Assembly: GCA_002633005.1 (NCBI GenBank)
Contig: NMRA01000249.1
Coordinates: 196,073-260,072, forward strand
From: Phoronis australis
Taxonomy: Eukaryota; Animalia; Phoronida
Length of the DNA: 64,000 nucleotides
Direction: 5' to 3'
The first letter of the stretch is position 1; the number at the start of each line of letters is the position of its first letter. The translations under genes were made by a program, and so were the position numbers. This document shows, in pieces, positions 1 through 12,690 of the stretch. The notes beneath the pieces are model-generated. The model was not told where the DNA came from, made no database searches, and saw nothing but the letters and a program-made list of their open reading frames with translations.

Positions 1-504
1 GAATGGTGGAAATTTGCCTACTTTCTGAATTTTACACTTGACGTGAAACTTCGTTGGTTTCAATTTAGACTGTCACATAGGATAATTAGCTGTAACTCTT
101 ACCTTGTCAAAATTGGGGTAACCAACTCCCCCTTGTGTACGTTTTGTAAGACTGAACCTGAGACTTTGCTTCACTTATACTGGCAATGTGATGTTGTTCA
201 AAATTTTTGGAACAATGTTGAAGGTTGGGTTAGAAACAAAACTAATATTTCCCTTGGTACAAATGTGCTTACAGTTTTCTTTGGAAACAGATGTAGAAGC
301 CAGCCAATTCAAAATTTAATCTTGTGTCTCAGCAAGTTCCATTTATATAAGCAACGTCTCAAGGGTAAACCTCCAAATTTAATTGTATTAACAAAAGAAA
401 TTAACAGTTATTACTCCAGTGAAAAACATATTTATTCAAAAAATTTACAAATGGAAAAATTTACAAACAGGTGGTCACAAATGCATAATTTGATAGCAAT
501 GTAA
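1..504 (+). CDS. LINE ORF2 C-terminal fragment (zinc-binding zf-RVT domain), 5'-truncated by the window edge
   Basis: Uninterrupted frame EWWKFAYFLNFTLDVKLRWFQFR... to TAA at 502-504. Confidence 0.8.
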   Translation, partial: EWWKFAYFLNFTLDVKLRWFQFRLSHRIISCNSYLVKIGVTNSPLCTFCKTEPETLLHLYWQCDVVQNFWNNVEGWVRNKTNISLGTNVLTVFFGNRCRSQPIQNLILCLSKFHLYKQRLKGKPPNLIVLTKEINSYYSSEKHIYSKNLQMEKFTNRWSQMHNLIAM

Positions 505-732
505 GGATATTTTATCATTCCAAAATACTCTCCCCCTCCTTTTTTTCAGAGCCATATACTACTATATTGTCTTGCATGTTTTTGTTTTCTTTTGTTAAAT
601 CTATTTCAAAATCCGGTTCACGTATATTTTTAACTTAGTAAACTTTATTTTCATTGAATTGTAAAGTAAGGCAAGGCAATCCCAGACCTTTGTCCTTACT
701 TATGTTGAACTAGGAGAATAAAAAAAAAAAAA
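1..732 (+). mobile_element. 3' end of an L1/Tx1-clade LINE (ORF2 C-terminal zf-RVT, 3' UTR, polyA tail)
   Basis: Frame open from base 1 to stop at 504: KLRWFQFRLSHRII...CTFCKTEPETLLHLYWQC..VQNFW is the CX2CX7HX4C zf-RVT motif; AATAAA at 717 runs into a polyA tract ending at 732. Confidence 0.88.
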
Positions 733-3104
733 ATTATTCACGCATGCTGACTCACAATAGAAGCCTGATAAGAGTGAAGGTGGATAAATGCGGTGTTCCT
801 ACAGTTTCTTGTTTTAGTGGATGTGTTCACGACATGGAAATTGCGTGTTTCAGTTGTAACAAATTTGAAGAACAGGCGGAATGATACGACAATAATGACG
901 CTGTTTTATAAAAACAAAATAGCCTGCGAACAAAGTCGTTTAACATTGATGCGGCCGGGGTTTGATTTCGGACACGATCTTATTGCCGTTACTTTTCATA
1001 CAATGTTAATTACGAAATGGGTACATGTACACATGTATAAGTTTGTGTGTTGACGTACATGTATGTCGGTGTTTCCCGCACACGTTGGCGTCTAGTCCAA
1101 TCATGTACTTGATGAATCCCTAGACATGTAAAAACCCAAGACTTCGATCGAGGAAAAATAGAGATTTCGGTCTAAGGCTCGGACCTTAACCCTGGCATCA
1201 TCAAAAGCAGAAAGGTTGCAGGATCAACGAAGTAAGCTATAGCATAGGATGGTCGGAGACAAATCACTAGACTCGGGTTGAAATGTATGATACCTATTTT
1301 GAAAAAAGTCGAGTTCATATAATGGACTCTGAGCCTAAAAGGTGATTAATAGGTCTTTTAAGGTTAACGTGGCCTGATACCAATTTTTTTCAACAAACGG
1401 AACAACACTAGATGAACACCATAAAATTCAACGTTTAGCTAACAAGCAGTGTCGACGACTGACCGGCACTAAGTCCTCATGCAGGTTTACGAAGTTAGTC
1501 TAACTCGTGTTTAGCCGGTTACTATTGCAACAAAATTTTAGATAAGACTGGACAGTCTTACGCAACGCGGCAGACATTTGGTATAAAAAGAATCCTACTC
1601 TCGTCTCAGGCTCATGACATTGACAAAACCTATCAGACATTTCGTGAAAATCCCAAGGCTTGACGGGGATTTCGGCGAAATTTCAACAGCAAAACCGAAA
1701 AACGGGACGCCTCTAGAACGTTTAAAAACATGACACAAAGTTTAGAAAACACGCTTCCACAATGTAAACTAAACCCAGTTATTTTTGTTAGTAATTTCAT
1801 TTTAGATTTAAAGATTGCAATTTGCATTTAGCTTTCGTAACTAACGTTCAAATTAGAACTAATTAAACACTCTTTGAAGTTGTAACATTAAATTTAACAA
1901 ATGTCAGCAGGGCTTCCTCGCGCTTGAACACTGAATTGACTTTGAGGCACAACAGCTAGTCGGTCTCACCGCATGGGTTTAGACCGGCGGCCCAGAGCAC
2001 TTACACTGTAGCATAGATGAACGAGATACCAACATCAGACCAAAGGGTCACTTAGAGTCCACCTCAGTATACACGGAAATGAACGTCTGCCGTTGTCTGC
2101 ACTCTGGGTGCGACCCCTCGGGACCTTTCAAGGAGTTAAAAATGAGTTAGGTTAGATATTCGAGGTCCTTGCCAAAACCAATTTAAAACGAACAATAGCA
2201 CGGCACTGAACACCAGAAGAACCATAACAGACAAATTACACTCTGGGATGAGTCCGGCAGAAACCAAAAAGCCCACCAAATTGAGATATAGCTCATACGT
2301 TGGGGGTACCACACAAAACCAATGCCTTGTTATTCAATACATGCAACTCATCATAAGCTGCCCCATGACAGACAAAATGCACCCGCCAGAAACAAACAAA
2401 ATGTCAACCACTGTATGCTATCAACAATTTGAGCTAGATTTGATATTTAAGGTACCAGATAAAACTGATTTAGAACGAACAATGAGTACCAAAATGAATA
2501 CGAATGACCTATGACAGACAAACTACACTCTAGAAAGGGTCCTCCAGAAACCCAAAATGGATCCCAAAAACGAGCTAACGCATACATTCGAGGTACAACA
2601 AAAATCCAATTCCATGTGATTCAATACATGTCACTGAACACCAAATGCCCCATGACAGATAGAATACACTCTGGGCTGTGCCCTGAAGAAACCCCCAAAA
2701 GGTCATACACGAAAGCCATTGAAATTTAAGCCAGATTAGATATTCGAGATACCAGCTAAAACTGATTTAGTACGAACAAAGTACCGCAATCAACACCGAA
2801 TGACCCATGACGGACAAATTGCACTCTGAAAAGGGTGCGCCAAAAACCAAAAAGGACCCCCAAAATTGAGCTACCTTATACATTCGAGATACCACAAGAA
2901 ACCAATTCCATGTGATTCAATACATGTCACTGATAACTAAATGCTCCATGACAGACAAAATACAGTCAGGGTTGCACCTGCCAGAAACACCAAAAATGTC
3001 AACTACAGCGTGCCATTGACAATTTGAGCTAGATTAGATATTCGAGGTACTAAGTTAAACTGATCGCTCTTCTACATTAACATTAATAAAAACGTCAAAC
3101 GTCA

Positions 3105-4235
3105 ATGATGGCGGGTAGTAAACAAGTTGGGAAATACATGTATCTACATCTGTATACCTGAATCTTTGGGATACCAGGAACTGTCAACAAACAACCCATT
3201 AAGTGATGACTGAGGCAGCAGCTAGTGTAGCATAATGAGCTATAGAAATTGCCTGATTTTTCAAATTTAGTTTACTGAGAAAATATGGATATGTTGCAAG
3301 AGAGATTGCAATAGTATATGATAGTATGCCAATTTAGCCGAGCGTCAAAAAACGGGACATTTAGATGGCGTGTCGGAATCGTGGGCAAATTAAAAAAGTG
3401 GGGCAGTTTACAAAGAGCGGGGCAATTGGAAATTGCACCGCTCTCTGCAACACGGGCCATTGGATTGGGTTCTTTCACAAGATGAACTTTTAACTTTTTT
3501 ATTTCACGGGTGTAGTCAAGTACAGTAGTTATAGGTAAATACTAGAGAATAACAAAGTTATTTAAACACACCTGGTTTTAGGGACTAAACTTTTCACTTA
3601 GGACAAATCTAACTTCTTTCCGTAAAACAAAGTAACACGAATTTAATAGCTAAAAATGTCTTCATGAAAAACTCCTGGTATCCAGACCGGGACATTTAAG
3701 GACAGTTTGGCAACCTTCCTCCGCTAAGAATGGCAGAAAGACTTACATGTGTGGACAATGTCGTTAGAAGAAAACACTTGTCCGACAAGACGACAGACTG
3801 TTGCAGTGGAACAATGGCAGCTGATCATCCACTGATTCTCAAGGCTCCCACGGTTTTTACATTGCTCTTAGCCAATTCAAATGACAATGCCTTGATCTGG
3901 GCCTCTGACACGGATGATATTGTAATTGTTGGGTGGCTGTTTGAAACCGTTGTGATGGTCATTTCTAGTTTATTTTGATTAAAAGAATTTTTAAAAAATG
4001 AAAGGACTCCTTGAAGATCATTTTCATGGTTCCTCCATCTAACGCAAATTTAGGGGCCATGTGTTGTCGCTGAATTGTACATGTATCTTTCCTGCTGGCA
4101 GTTTCGATAGCTCATAATATTACACTAGCTGCAGTCTTAATCAACACTCAATGGGTTTGTTTTTGACAGTTCCTATTATCCCAAAATTTTTGGGTTATCA
4201 GGTATTTTCCGAAATGTTTACTATCCGCCACCATC
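3105..4235. mobile_element. MITE-like element (~150-bp diverged TIRs) in the spacer of the foldback element
   Basis: gatggcgggtagtaaaca...agctagtgtagcataatgagctatagaaattgcc (3107-3253) is inverted at 4097-4235 (ggcagtttcgatagctcataatattacactagct...tgtttactatccgccaccatc). Confidence 0.7.
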
Positions 4236-5342
4236 CAACTGGCACTCAGTGTATTTCTGTTACACGTTTTAAGCAAGGAGAGAGTTTAGTACGAAAGTAG
4301 GTCTATTACGGAAATATAAGAATTCGCCATGAACTGCAAACCATGCACGGGAGGAAACTTTCCTTATAGAAATTCTTGATTCTACAACAATCTCCCAAGA
4401 TTTAATCGGCATTTTCATTATATATATATACAAAAGTAACATTTCAACAGAATTATGGTGTTGAGAGTTCTGGGGCTGGCACGCACAACTTAAAATGGGT
4501 TTTTGTCTGACACAGGCGATTTAGTAACCAGTAATATCTCTTTGAATCACATGGAATTGTTTATTGTGGGCCTTTGAATATATGAGCTAACTCGTTTTTG
4601 GGCGACATTTTTGAGTTTATGGCGGATCCTTTCCAGAGGATCATTTTCTGCCGTGGGTCATCCCGTGTTTACTGCGGCACGATTGTTGGTTTTAAGTCAG
4701 CCGGTAAGTAAACCTCAAGTATTAAATGTAGCTCAAACTTTAAATGGTATACCAGGGTTGAGATTTTGGGGATTTCTGGCGGGCACAACATAGAGTGTAT
4801 TTTGTCTGTCATGGGGCATTCGGTGATCAGTGAAATGTATCACATGAACTTGTTTTTGTGGTACCTCGAATGTATCAGTCAGCTCATTCTTGGGGGTCGT
4901 TATTGGGTTTCTGGCTGAACCTTTCCAAAGTATAAATTGTATGTCATGGGTCATTTGGTGTTAAGACCGGTAAAATTGTTTGCTTTAAATCAGTTTTGCT
5001 GGTATTTCGAATATCTAATCTAGGTCAAATGTTCAATGGCAAACGGTGGTTGACATTTTTGGGGTTTCTGGGTGGCAAAACCCAGAGTGTAATTTGTCTG
5101 CCATGGGCCATTTAGTTATCAGTGACATGTATTTAATCACATGAAATTGTTTAGTTTTTTTGGTACCTCCATTGTGTGGCTATCTGTAGCTCATTTTTTG
5201 GGGCCCGTTCAAGGTTTCTGGCGCACCATTTCCAACGTGCAAATTGTCAGTCATGGGTCATTCGGTGTTTTTTTTTTCGTTTTAAATCAGTTTAGCTGGT
5301 ACCTCTAATATCTAATCTAGCTCAAAGTTTCAATGGTACTGT

Positions 5343-5915
5343 GGCTGTAAAAGGACATCACGGCAACTTTTTTTCTCCGTAGCTAACTATATCGATAGAC
5401 TTATCAACTCTATCGATAGACTTATTAGTTATCTCTATCGATAGACTTGCTATCTCTATGGTTACATTCACTAACTCTTTCGATAGACTTACTATCTCTG
5501 TCGATAAACTTGTTAACCTATCGATAGACTTACTAGTCCTATCGATAGACCTAACAACTCCATCAATAGACTTATTAACTCTATCAATAGACTTATTAAT
5601 TCTATCGATAGACTTACTATCTCTATGGATAGACTTGCTAACACTATCGCTAGAGTTAATAAGTTTATTGATATGGATAATAAATCTATCGATAGATATA
5701 CATGTAGTAAGTCTATTGATAGAGTTAGTAAGTCTATCCCTAGAGTTAATAAGTATATCGATAGAGTTAATAGATCTATCGAAAGAGTGGGTAAGTCTAT
5801 CCATAGAGATAGTAAGTCTATCGATGGGCTTTTAACTCTAGCGAGAGACTTAATAATTCTATCAATAGAGTTAGCAACGGAGAAAAAATGTTTCCCATGC
5901 AGTCTTTTTACAGCC
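5343..5915. mobile_element. TIR element filled with a 21-bp minisatellite built on palindrome CTATCGATAG
   Basis: Ends ggctgtaaaaggac...ctccgtagctaac and gttagcaacggag...gtctttttacagcc are inverted; left units ctatcgatagacttattaact, right units are the reverse complement; interrupts a unit of the host foldback arm. Confidence 0.8.
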
Positions 5916-8900
5916 ATTGTACATTTTGACATTTTTGAGGTTTCTGGCGGGCGCCACCCAGAGTGCATTTTGTCTGTCATGGTGCATTTAGCTACCAGTG
6001 ACGTGTATTGAAACACAGGGAATTGGTTTTGTTTGGTACCTCGAATTTTTGAACTAGTTCATTTTGGAGGTCCTTTTTTGACCCCTTTTTAAGGTCCCCA
6101 GGAGTCACACCCAGACAGCAGAAAACGGCAGACGTATGTATTGAGGTGGACTCTTAAGTGCTCGTATGGTCAGATGTTGCTATCACATTCATCTATGCTA
6201 AATGTACAAGTGCTCTGGACTGCCGAGCCAGTTTGTTTAGTCTCCGTTTGAATGAATGTTGATGTGGAATTTGCCGCCGAAGATAGGTCTGTTTAAAAAG
6301 CTGTTTGTAATTCCTTCTGATCTCTTTCAATTACAGCTGCGACACCCGATTTGTCAATTATAGTGTTGTCACTTTCACGGAATTCCGGGATAGATTTTTC
6401 GTACAGGTGCAATAGTGTTTTGCAGACGACAAAATGGAAGGCGTACATCTTTGGATTTCTACATTGCGCTACTTAGGAATCGTCCGTGTAATATCAAAAA
6501 ATTACGTAATCGGTGTTACTAACCAGTCGTGTCGGAACGCATTCGAGTCCGTGAGAGAAAAAGCACTTGCCGCTCTAAAATTGCCACTGCATTGTACCTT
6601 GTTTTTTACTCAGATGACGAATGTCTTCTGGACTAACGAATAATTTACATGCTCTAAGTGCTTGTGACTATGCTCGATTGCTCGGCGCATACAGTAGTTG
6701 AAAAGATACGGGGACTTGTGAATTGACTCGAGGCAGTGTGGCCTGGTTGATAAGTGCCCACAAGGTCACACTGCTAAACCCTTGGGCCAGATTTCTAGCT
6801 CCTCAGCTCGGTTTTAACCATATATCAATAAAGCACAAAATATTTCCAGGTGATCAGTGCAATGGGCCCACACGCGAGGCCTGCGCACGTCTGATACAAC
6901 GTGTATCAGACCACCTGCAATTATTTTTTTATGTGAATTGACTCAGTCTGGTGGTCAAACAATGACTACACGTAACCGTGAATTGCCATGACAGTACAAG
7001 TTAAGACCCTACCCTTACGCAGGTCTGTTCAATAACAAATCCCCTTTTATCAATAAATTGAAACAGCAACACATGCACCTGTCTTTTTTGCTCTACATTG
7101 CAACACCATTTGCAAGTGCAGTGCATTTTAGTAAACGGCTTTAAGGTTGTGAGTAGCCTTAGAATCCTGAAACTGTCTCAGTAAATTTGGAATATCATAT
7201 CTCGGGTGACCGTATTCAAATGAAATTCCGATAATATTATTAAAGCACTGTTCTCAGTCCAAAACCCTGATATTATTTAAATATTCTCCAAAACGCAATA
7301 AAAACACAGTGCTATCCATATGTTTGCGAAATGAGATCAACAGTTGTAAAAAACAAGAAGTAAACGCTAATGCCAGAAACTATTACAGTAGTTCATGAGA
7401 CGTACGTCATCTAACAGCTCGAATAAAAAGAGCATTCTGGGTAGTATTGGTGATGGCTTTGTTCAGCAGTATCAGGCCCAAATGAAGGTAAAAATTATAG
7501 AAGTGGGGATCACAAACCAATCATGATTACACATCACAAAACGTTTGCCCCTGGCTCTCCTTCCTATCGGCACCACCATACTTATCCTTCCATTTTCCGA
7601 TTTCTTCCGAATTTTGCGCTGAATCCTCACTCCAGCTGTAAGTGGCGGGAAAACCCGACAAGGCAGGCAGCCATCAGACCTTGAGTAGCCACGATTCAAC
7701 AAAATTAATTCACAGAGCGCGAATGATGCTTAGAGGGCCATCGCAGACAAATGGCCGGGAGCTGGACTGTCTGTCTGACTCAAATGAACTGCAACTGTGA
7801 GATGACAACTCACACCAACTTAGATTAACAAGCTATAATTGTCAAAAGTCGTCCGTGAATCGGTCGATTTTCGTAGAATCATCGGTAAGCACAAATGTAT
7901 TCAAATACGCTTAGGCGATAAATGCTGCAATGATAGAGCCCTTGGAAACAGTTTCCAGGAAAGGGCCACCAAAGGGTAAATCAAGCATTGATAAATGATA
8001 TACATGTAATGTTCTCATGAATTTTCTATCGTTTCCATGTTGTGCTATTTTTCCTTTTCTCTAACCTTCGCCTACGACGGCTGCCAAGGGTTGACCCTTA
8101 CGCCTGAATATATAAACATAGTTTTACTATAAGACTTAGTCACGTGACACATTAAATCAGGAACGTTTTGCAAGTTTTCCGCCGCTCATGCCTGGAGACT
8201 GACACTTTGGTGACCCCTGGCGGAAGCAGTCAATTTCTAATTTAAAAACTTTAACTTTTCAAAGCAAATACGCACATTTCATAAATATGATATTGCAAAC
8301 GTTAAAATAGTGGTGCTTGCTATGAATGTTCCCCATCAACATCAGAGCCGTATCCAAATTTCCAAATCAAAAGTTGCATTTACGGCAGGTACTATCCTGT
8401 TGAGTTGAACCTGACGATTACGGATACATGTAGGTGGTAGCAACACACAAAGTAGGGGCGTGTGCTTCCAGTTCGCGTACCCAGCCATCTGCAAAAGCTA
8501 GCACTTGATCAGATGTACGTGGTGATACGTGCGTTTGGAATACCATCGAGTTGTTTTGAGAACGCGACCGTGCAGTTTTCAATATTGTGTCAGTGGCAGT
8601 GAGGGATCGATTAGTCATATACCGGCCTCATTTGCTACCGTTTGGATAGACATTCCGACCCGGACTTGGTTATTTTTAAAGTGGCCGAAATAAAAATATA
8701 TCAAAACAGTAACAGTATACATGTATATGTTAGCATGGCGTTGGGTGGTGAAAATCAAAATAAGGAATTCAAATCACGTTTCACGTTTGTATTTCCATTC
8801 TGAATATCCAAGACAACATCCGTGTCTAGCACTTCACTGTGGGTCAGTACATCTTGTCTAACTCGAGTATCTGATAAACATTTGCCAGTATCATAAATGT

Positions 8901-11900
8901 ATTGAAAGCTAAAACAAAGTTTAGTACCTTTTAAATCAGTCATCATCAATACTCAGAATGCGTCCTAACATATGACTTGTTAATAATTCACTTGTAACAG
9001 AGCAAGTCTCCACTGAACCTCAAAATATGTATTTTCTCTCATCAGGCATTCGTTTCAGTTCAATTTGCACATGATAACGATCAACTTTCCATGAAAGCAA
9101 AAGAAGGAAACGCCCTTCTCCTAAGCCTGTCGCTAGCGAAGTGCCCGACACATACAGTCGCGCCAAAATGCCCACGTAACAAAGGCGCACTGAGACGCAA
9201 CAAAGACATTAGCATAAGAATAACTGAACATTTGCAACTAAATAAGAATAACAATAAGCGTAAAGTTACGAACGTCCCGTCACACACTAATATGTTGTAA
9301 TAATTAACGTTTATTTAAACCGAGTAACAAGTAACACAAAAAAGGAACAACACATTCCTTACCGATTGCCAACGACATGGAATTGCTTAAGATTCCACCC
9401 AGTACAAGGCGAAATACGACGTGAAACAACTTCATCATGCAAGCCATTGAACTTCTGTTCACATACGGAACAGTTCTGTAATCTATCATTAAATTCAGGT
9501 TGAGGCAGCGTTTAAATATGAGCTGACGTCCGGCGGGTAGATCAGTGTTGTCACGCGGTCGCCATGGCTTCTGCCGGCCGCACTTTACTGGTAGACGATC
9601 GCTGTCGAAGTGTAACCACCTATAATCGACTTATCAGCACATGAACAAACAAGTTAAAATTTTTCGTTCAATTAATCCCATTCGAAAAAACATTCCATTC
9701 CTCATGTGTTACCGTAGAGTCGGAACCAAATTCGTTAGTAAGATACTTGAATAAACATACAAATAAACAGATTATCACCAATACAGTGGCACATTGGTTG
9801 TCACATGTGATTTTGTTTTAATGCGTACTGCTAATCTGATTCTTGAGACTCTGTGGCCACGAAATGATGCGATGCAATAGTGTACAACGTGACCGAAAAG
9901 CAAATGAACACAATAGAGTCGTCCGTCCCGAGTCTGCTGTTGTATACATGTACATGTATTTATCTCGACAAGTCCTTCATTAATGTTCGTGAAATTTTGC
10001 AAACATGATTCTATCATGGATGGAACGGCTTGAGCTAATTTTCTGACGAAACCAACTAACGATTTGATCTTAGTGAAAATGTTTTTTTACATTTACATTT
10101 ACCTCTGTATCGATGGATAACTTTCATGGAGCTTGGCAGATAAACACGCTATGTGAAAATTAGAATATGTGTTCTTATTGGGAAGCAGACAGTTGACGGT
10201 GCTTTTCGGACAGCTCCGACTACTGTGGCACCTCCCAGTGGCAGTTTTGTTTTTTTTTTTTTTGCATCAACGGCTGTATCAGATCACCCCCGTTTTTGAT
10301 TGTACCTGTATAATTTAAGTTATAAATGACAAGGTAAAAAGGGCGATTTGTTTCACTCAAATCATCAAGATAAAACAAAGTGAGTATCGATATATCTGCT
10401 TTGGTATATTCGCTTATGACCCATTGCAATTCTTAAAATGTGAAACTGGTACGAAGAGGCGGGCCTCGTCCAGCGATACGCTGGCAAAGCCATTTACATA
10501 TAGACTTTGTTGAAATATCATACGCTCAGTCGAAAGATTTCCACGTCTTGGGGCTCTGTATCGTAACTCGCCAACTTGAAAATTGATCCTCACGGACTGT
10601 CCGGCACAACGGAGATATGTGTTACGAAACGATTAGAAAACCGTTCCAGTAAGATACGCTTGCAAGGAACCCCAGGAAATTGTAACTGAGCTATGTGCAC
10701 ACTGAAACTAGAACAAACTACATGCATTACTGGTGAGCTACCGTTTCTACATTTATTTTCTCCATTTTTTCAAGAAACATGTCGGCAATGACGTCCAAAC
10801 TAAAACCTGAGCCGTTGCACTTACATGTAAAACATCCAGGATGTAGATGTAACTAGTTTGATGCTATTTACAATACAAAGTCAATTGCAAAACTAATTGA
10901 GTAAACGCATATTGATTTGTGCGCGAATCTTGATGCTTCTCTTTGTAAGGCTCCACAGGTTGATGACGATATGAGAAACACGTGGTGTTAATTAATTTGC
11001 TAATTTCGAAGTGGGTATTTTCGAAATTGTGCTTGTTTTGATCAATGCATACCATGTTGTTAATAATTGATATCTTCTCAGTGAGTTTTATGGTGAGAGG
11101 ATGTTTGTGAATTGTATGACAACAGCGAAGTTATATCTTGCAGCGATGCAAAGCGCTCCCTTCCGTTGCACAAAGTGCGCTTATTCGACTAAAAGCACAT
11201 ATGTTGCGCATTTTTAAGCTTAAATGGGTTGTTTTCCCGGTTAATAATGCCGACAAATCTTCCAATAAGCGTAATTATATCCCAAACGTCTAATGGTAGA
11301 CCATAACACTCAATGTCGTTTCCTTTGAAACAAAGTACCATAATTTTGAAATTGTGACTTTTTGGACGCTGAATCAATTTTGGCCTGCAGCACTGTGCAA
11401 AGCATCGTTCAGTTTGAGTGATTTTCATTTGTTGTTTGTCGCCAAAGTACAACCGTTTCCACTGGCAGAACCAAGACTTCCCACACGAGAGTGCTTACTC
11501 TGTTAATTTTCAGGCAGGAAATAGCGTCTTACGTGAACAGTGCCATGTAGGCCTAGGAAGGGGTGTGCTCGAGAACACCAGACAACCACTAGCGTACCTT
11601 AAGAGCTAAAAACATGGAAGTTGGTCTTCAGAAATTCTGAGATTCGAGAATTAAATGTGCAATTTTCGAAAACAACGTGACGAAGAAACACGATGAATTA
11701 TGTTCTTTTTTATGCTTGTCGTTTCTTATATTAACCCTGTGAGACCGGACTTTCGGTACTTCGACTAGCACGGCTTGAAAAGAAGCCAGTAATGACTAAA
11801 GAAACTGCAGTCATGTGCCCATTAAAAATCCGAAAAAGTATTGGAAAATTCTCCTGTCAGATGTCGTCAAATGACTGGGGAATGCCGGAGCAGCTGCACA

Positions 11901-12229
11901 GCTAGCGGCTGGGGGTAGGGTGGAGCGTTTCGTTTGCACCTCGAGAGAAGACGGCACAAAACGATCGGTGGCTGGTAGAAATTTGATGACGACGGGCGGA
12001 GAGCGAACGTAGTGGCGACCGGGGGCGAATGTCGTGGTGACCGGCTTGGGGAGCGGCACAAAATTGCATGGCAACTACGGGAAGCCGAGTTCCTTTAGTA
12101 AATTCCCTTCGGCCACGGCCGGCGACAACACTACACGTAGATGCACTCGTCTGCGCAGTACCACAGACACATAACTCACATCCATCATTATGAGAGTCTA
12201 TGGCTTGAGCAGGATTTACATGTACTACA

Positions 12230-12690
12230 GTTACAGTTAGCAAGTCAATCTATACGTGGAAACACCTTGAGCATCATACTGTCTTAACTGCATTTACACC
12301 TCAACGTCATAATTTTTGTGCACGTTAGACAACTTAAGCACTTCGGTCTCTGCTGCAGTGGTCCGGAAGCAAAATTAATGTTCTATAAATTGTGCACTGT
12401 ATTTGTTCTTGCGTTTGATACGCTACCAGTAGTCACAAACATTGAGGTTTGTGGACTGTGTATAGAATCAAGAGTGGGCCGTTTACATAATTTGTAACAT
12501 TTTCTGTTTACTTGAGTAAAGATGCTAGCCTCGTCAAACATCGGAAAAGAACACCAAGGCCACTTTCCCTGATTCGTAATAAACCACATCGGCAGCATAC
12601 ATTGTATATAGGATCGGTAATGGCCTCAGTAGCTCGGTTGAAAAAGAAATCACCAAACTCCTTGAGAAACATTTGATGTTATACTATATT
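12230..12690 (-). pseudogene. Highly decayed LINE reverse-transcriptase fragment (CR1/L2-like)
   Basis: Minus-strand pieces in the expected order across frameshifts: ITSNVSQG (~VTSGVPQG), TMYAADVVYYESG (~YADD), QYDAQGVSTYRLT (~YKYLGV..D..LT). Confidence 0.4.

Larger units (their letters stand above)
1985..6225. mobile_element. Large non-autonomous foldback DNA element with long, internally repetitive inverted arms
   Basis: 1985-2130 (cagagcacttacactgtagcatagatgaacgagataccaacatcagacc) is the diverged reverse complement of ~6090-6225. ~145-bp repeats lie on + at 2140-3060 and inverted at ~4460-6080. No TSD resolved. Confidence 0.8.

Noticed and set aside
930-1145. tRNA-derived SINE-like B-box (ggtttgatttc)
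   Set aside because: No clear A-box or cloverleaf and no convincing second copy in the window.
5358-6016. Four overlapping ORFs with SIDRL/LSIDLL heptads resembling coiled coils or leucine zippers
   Set aside because: By-product of a 21-bp palindromic minisatellite open on both strands.
9360-9580. Minus-strand LQNCSVCEQKF, reminiscent of a transposase N-terminal zinc finger
   Set aside because: Too short and degenerate to call without a profile search.
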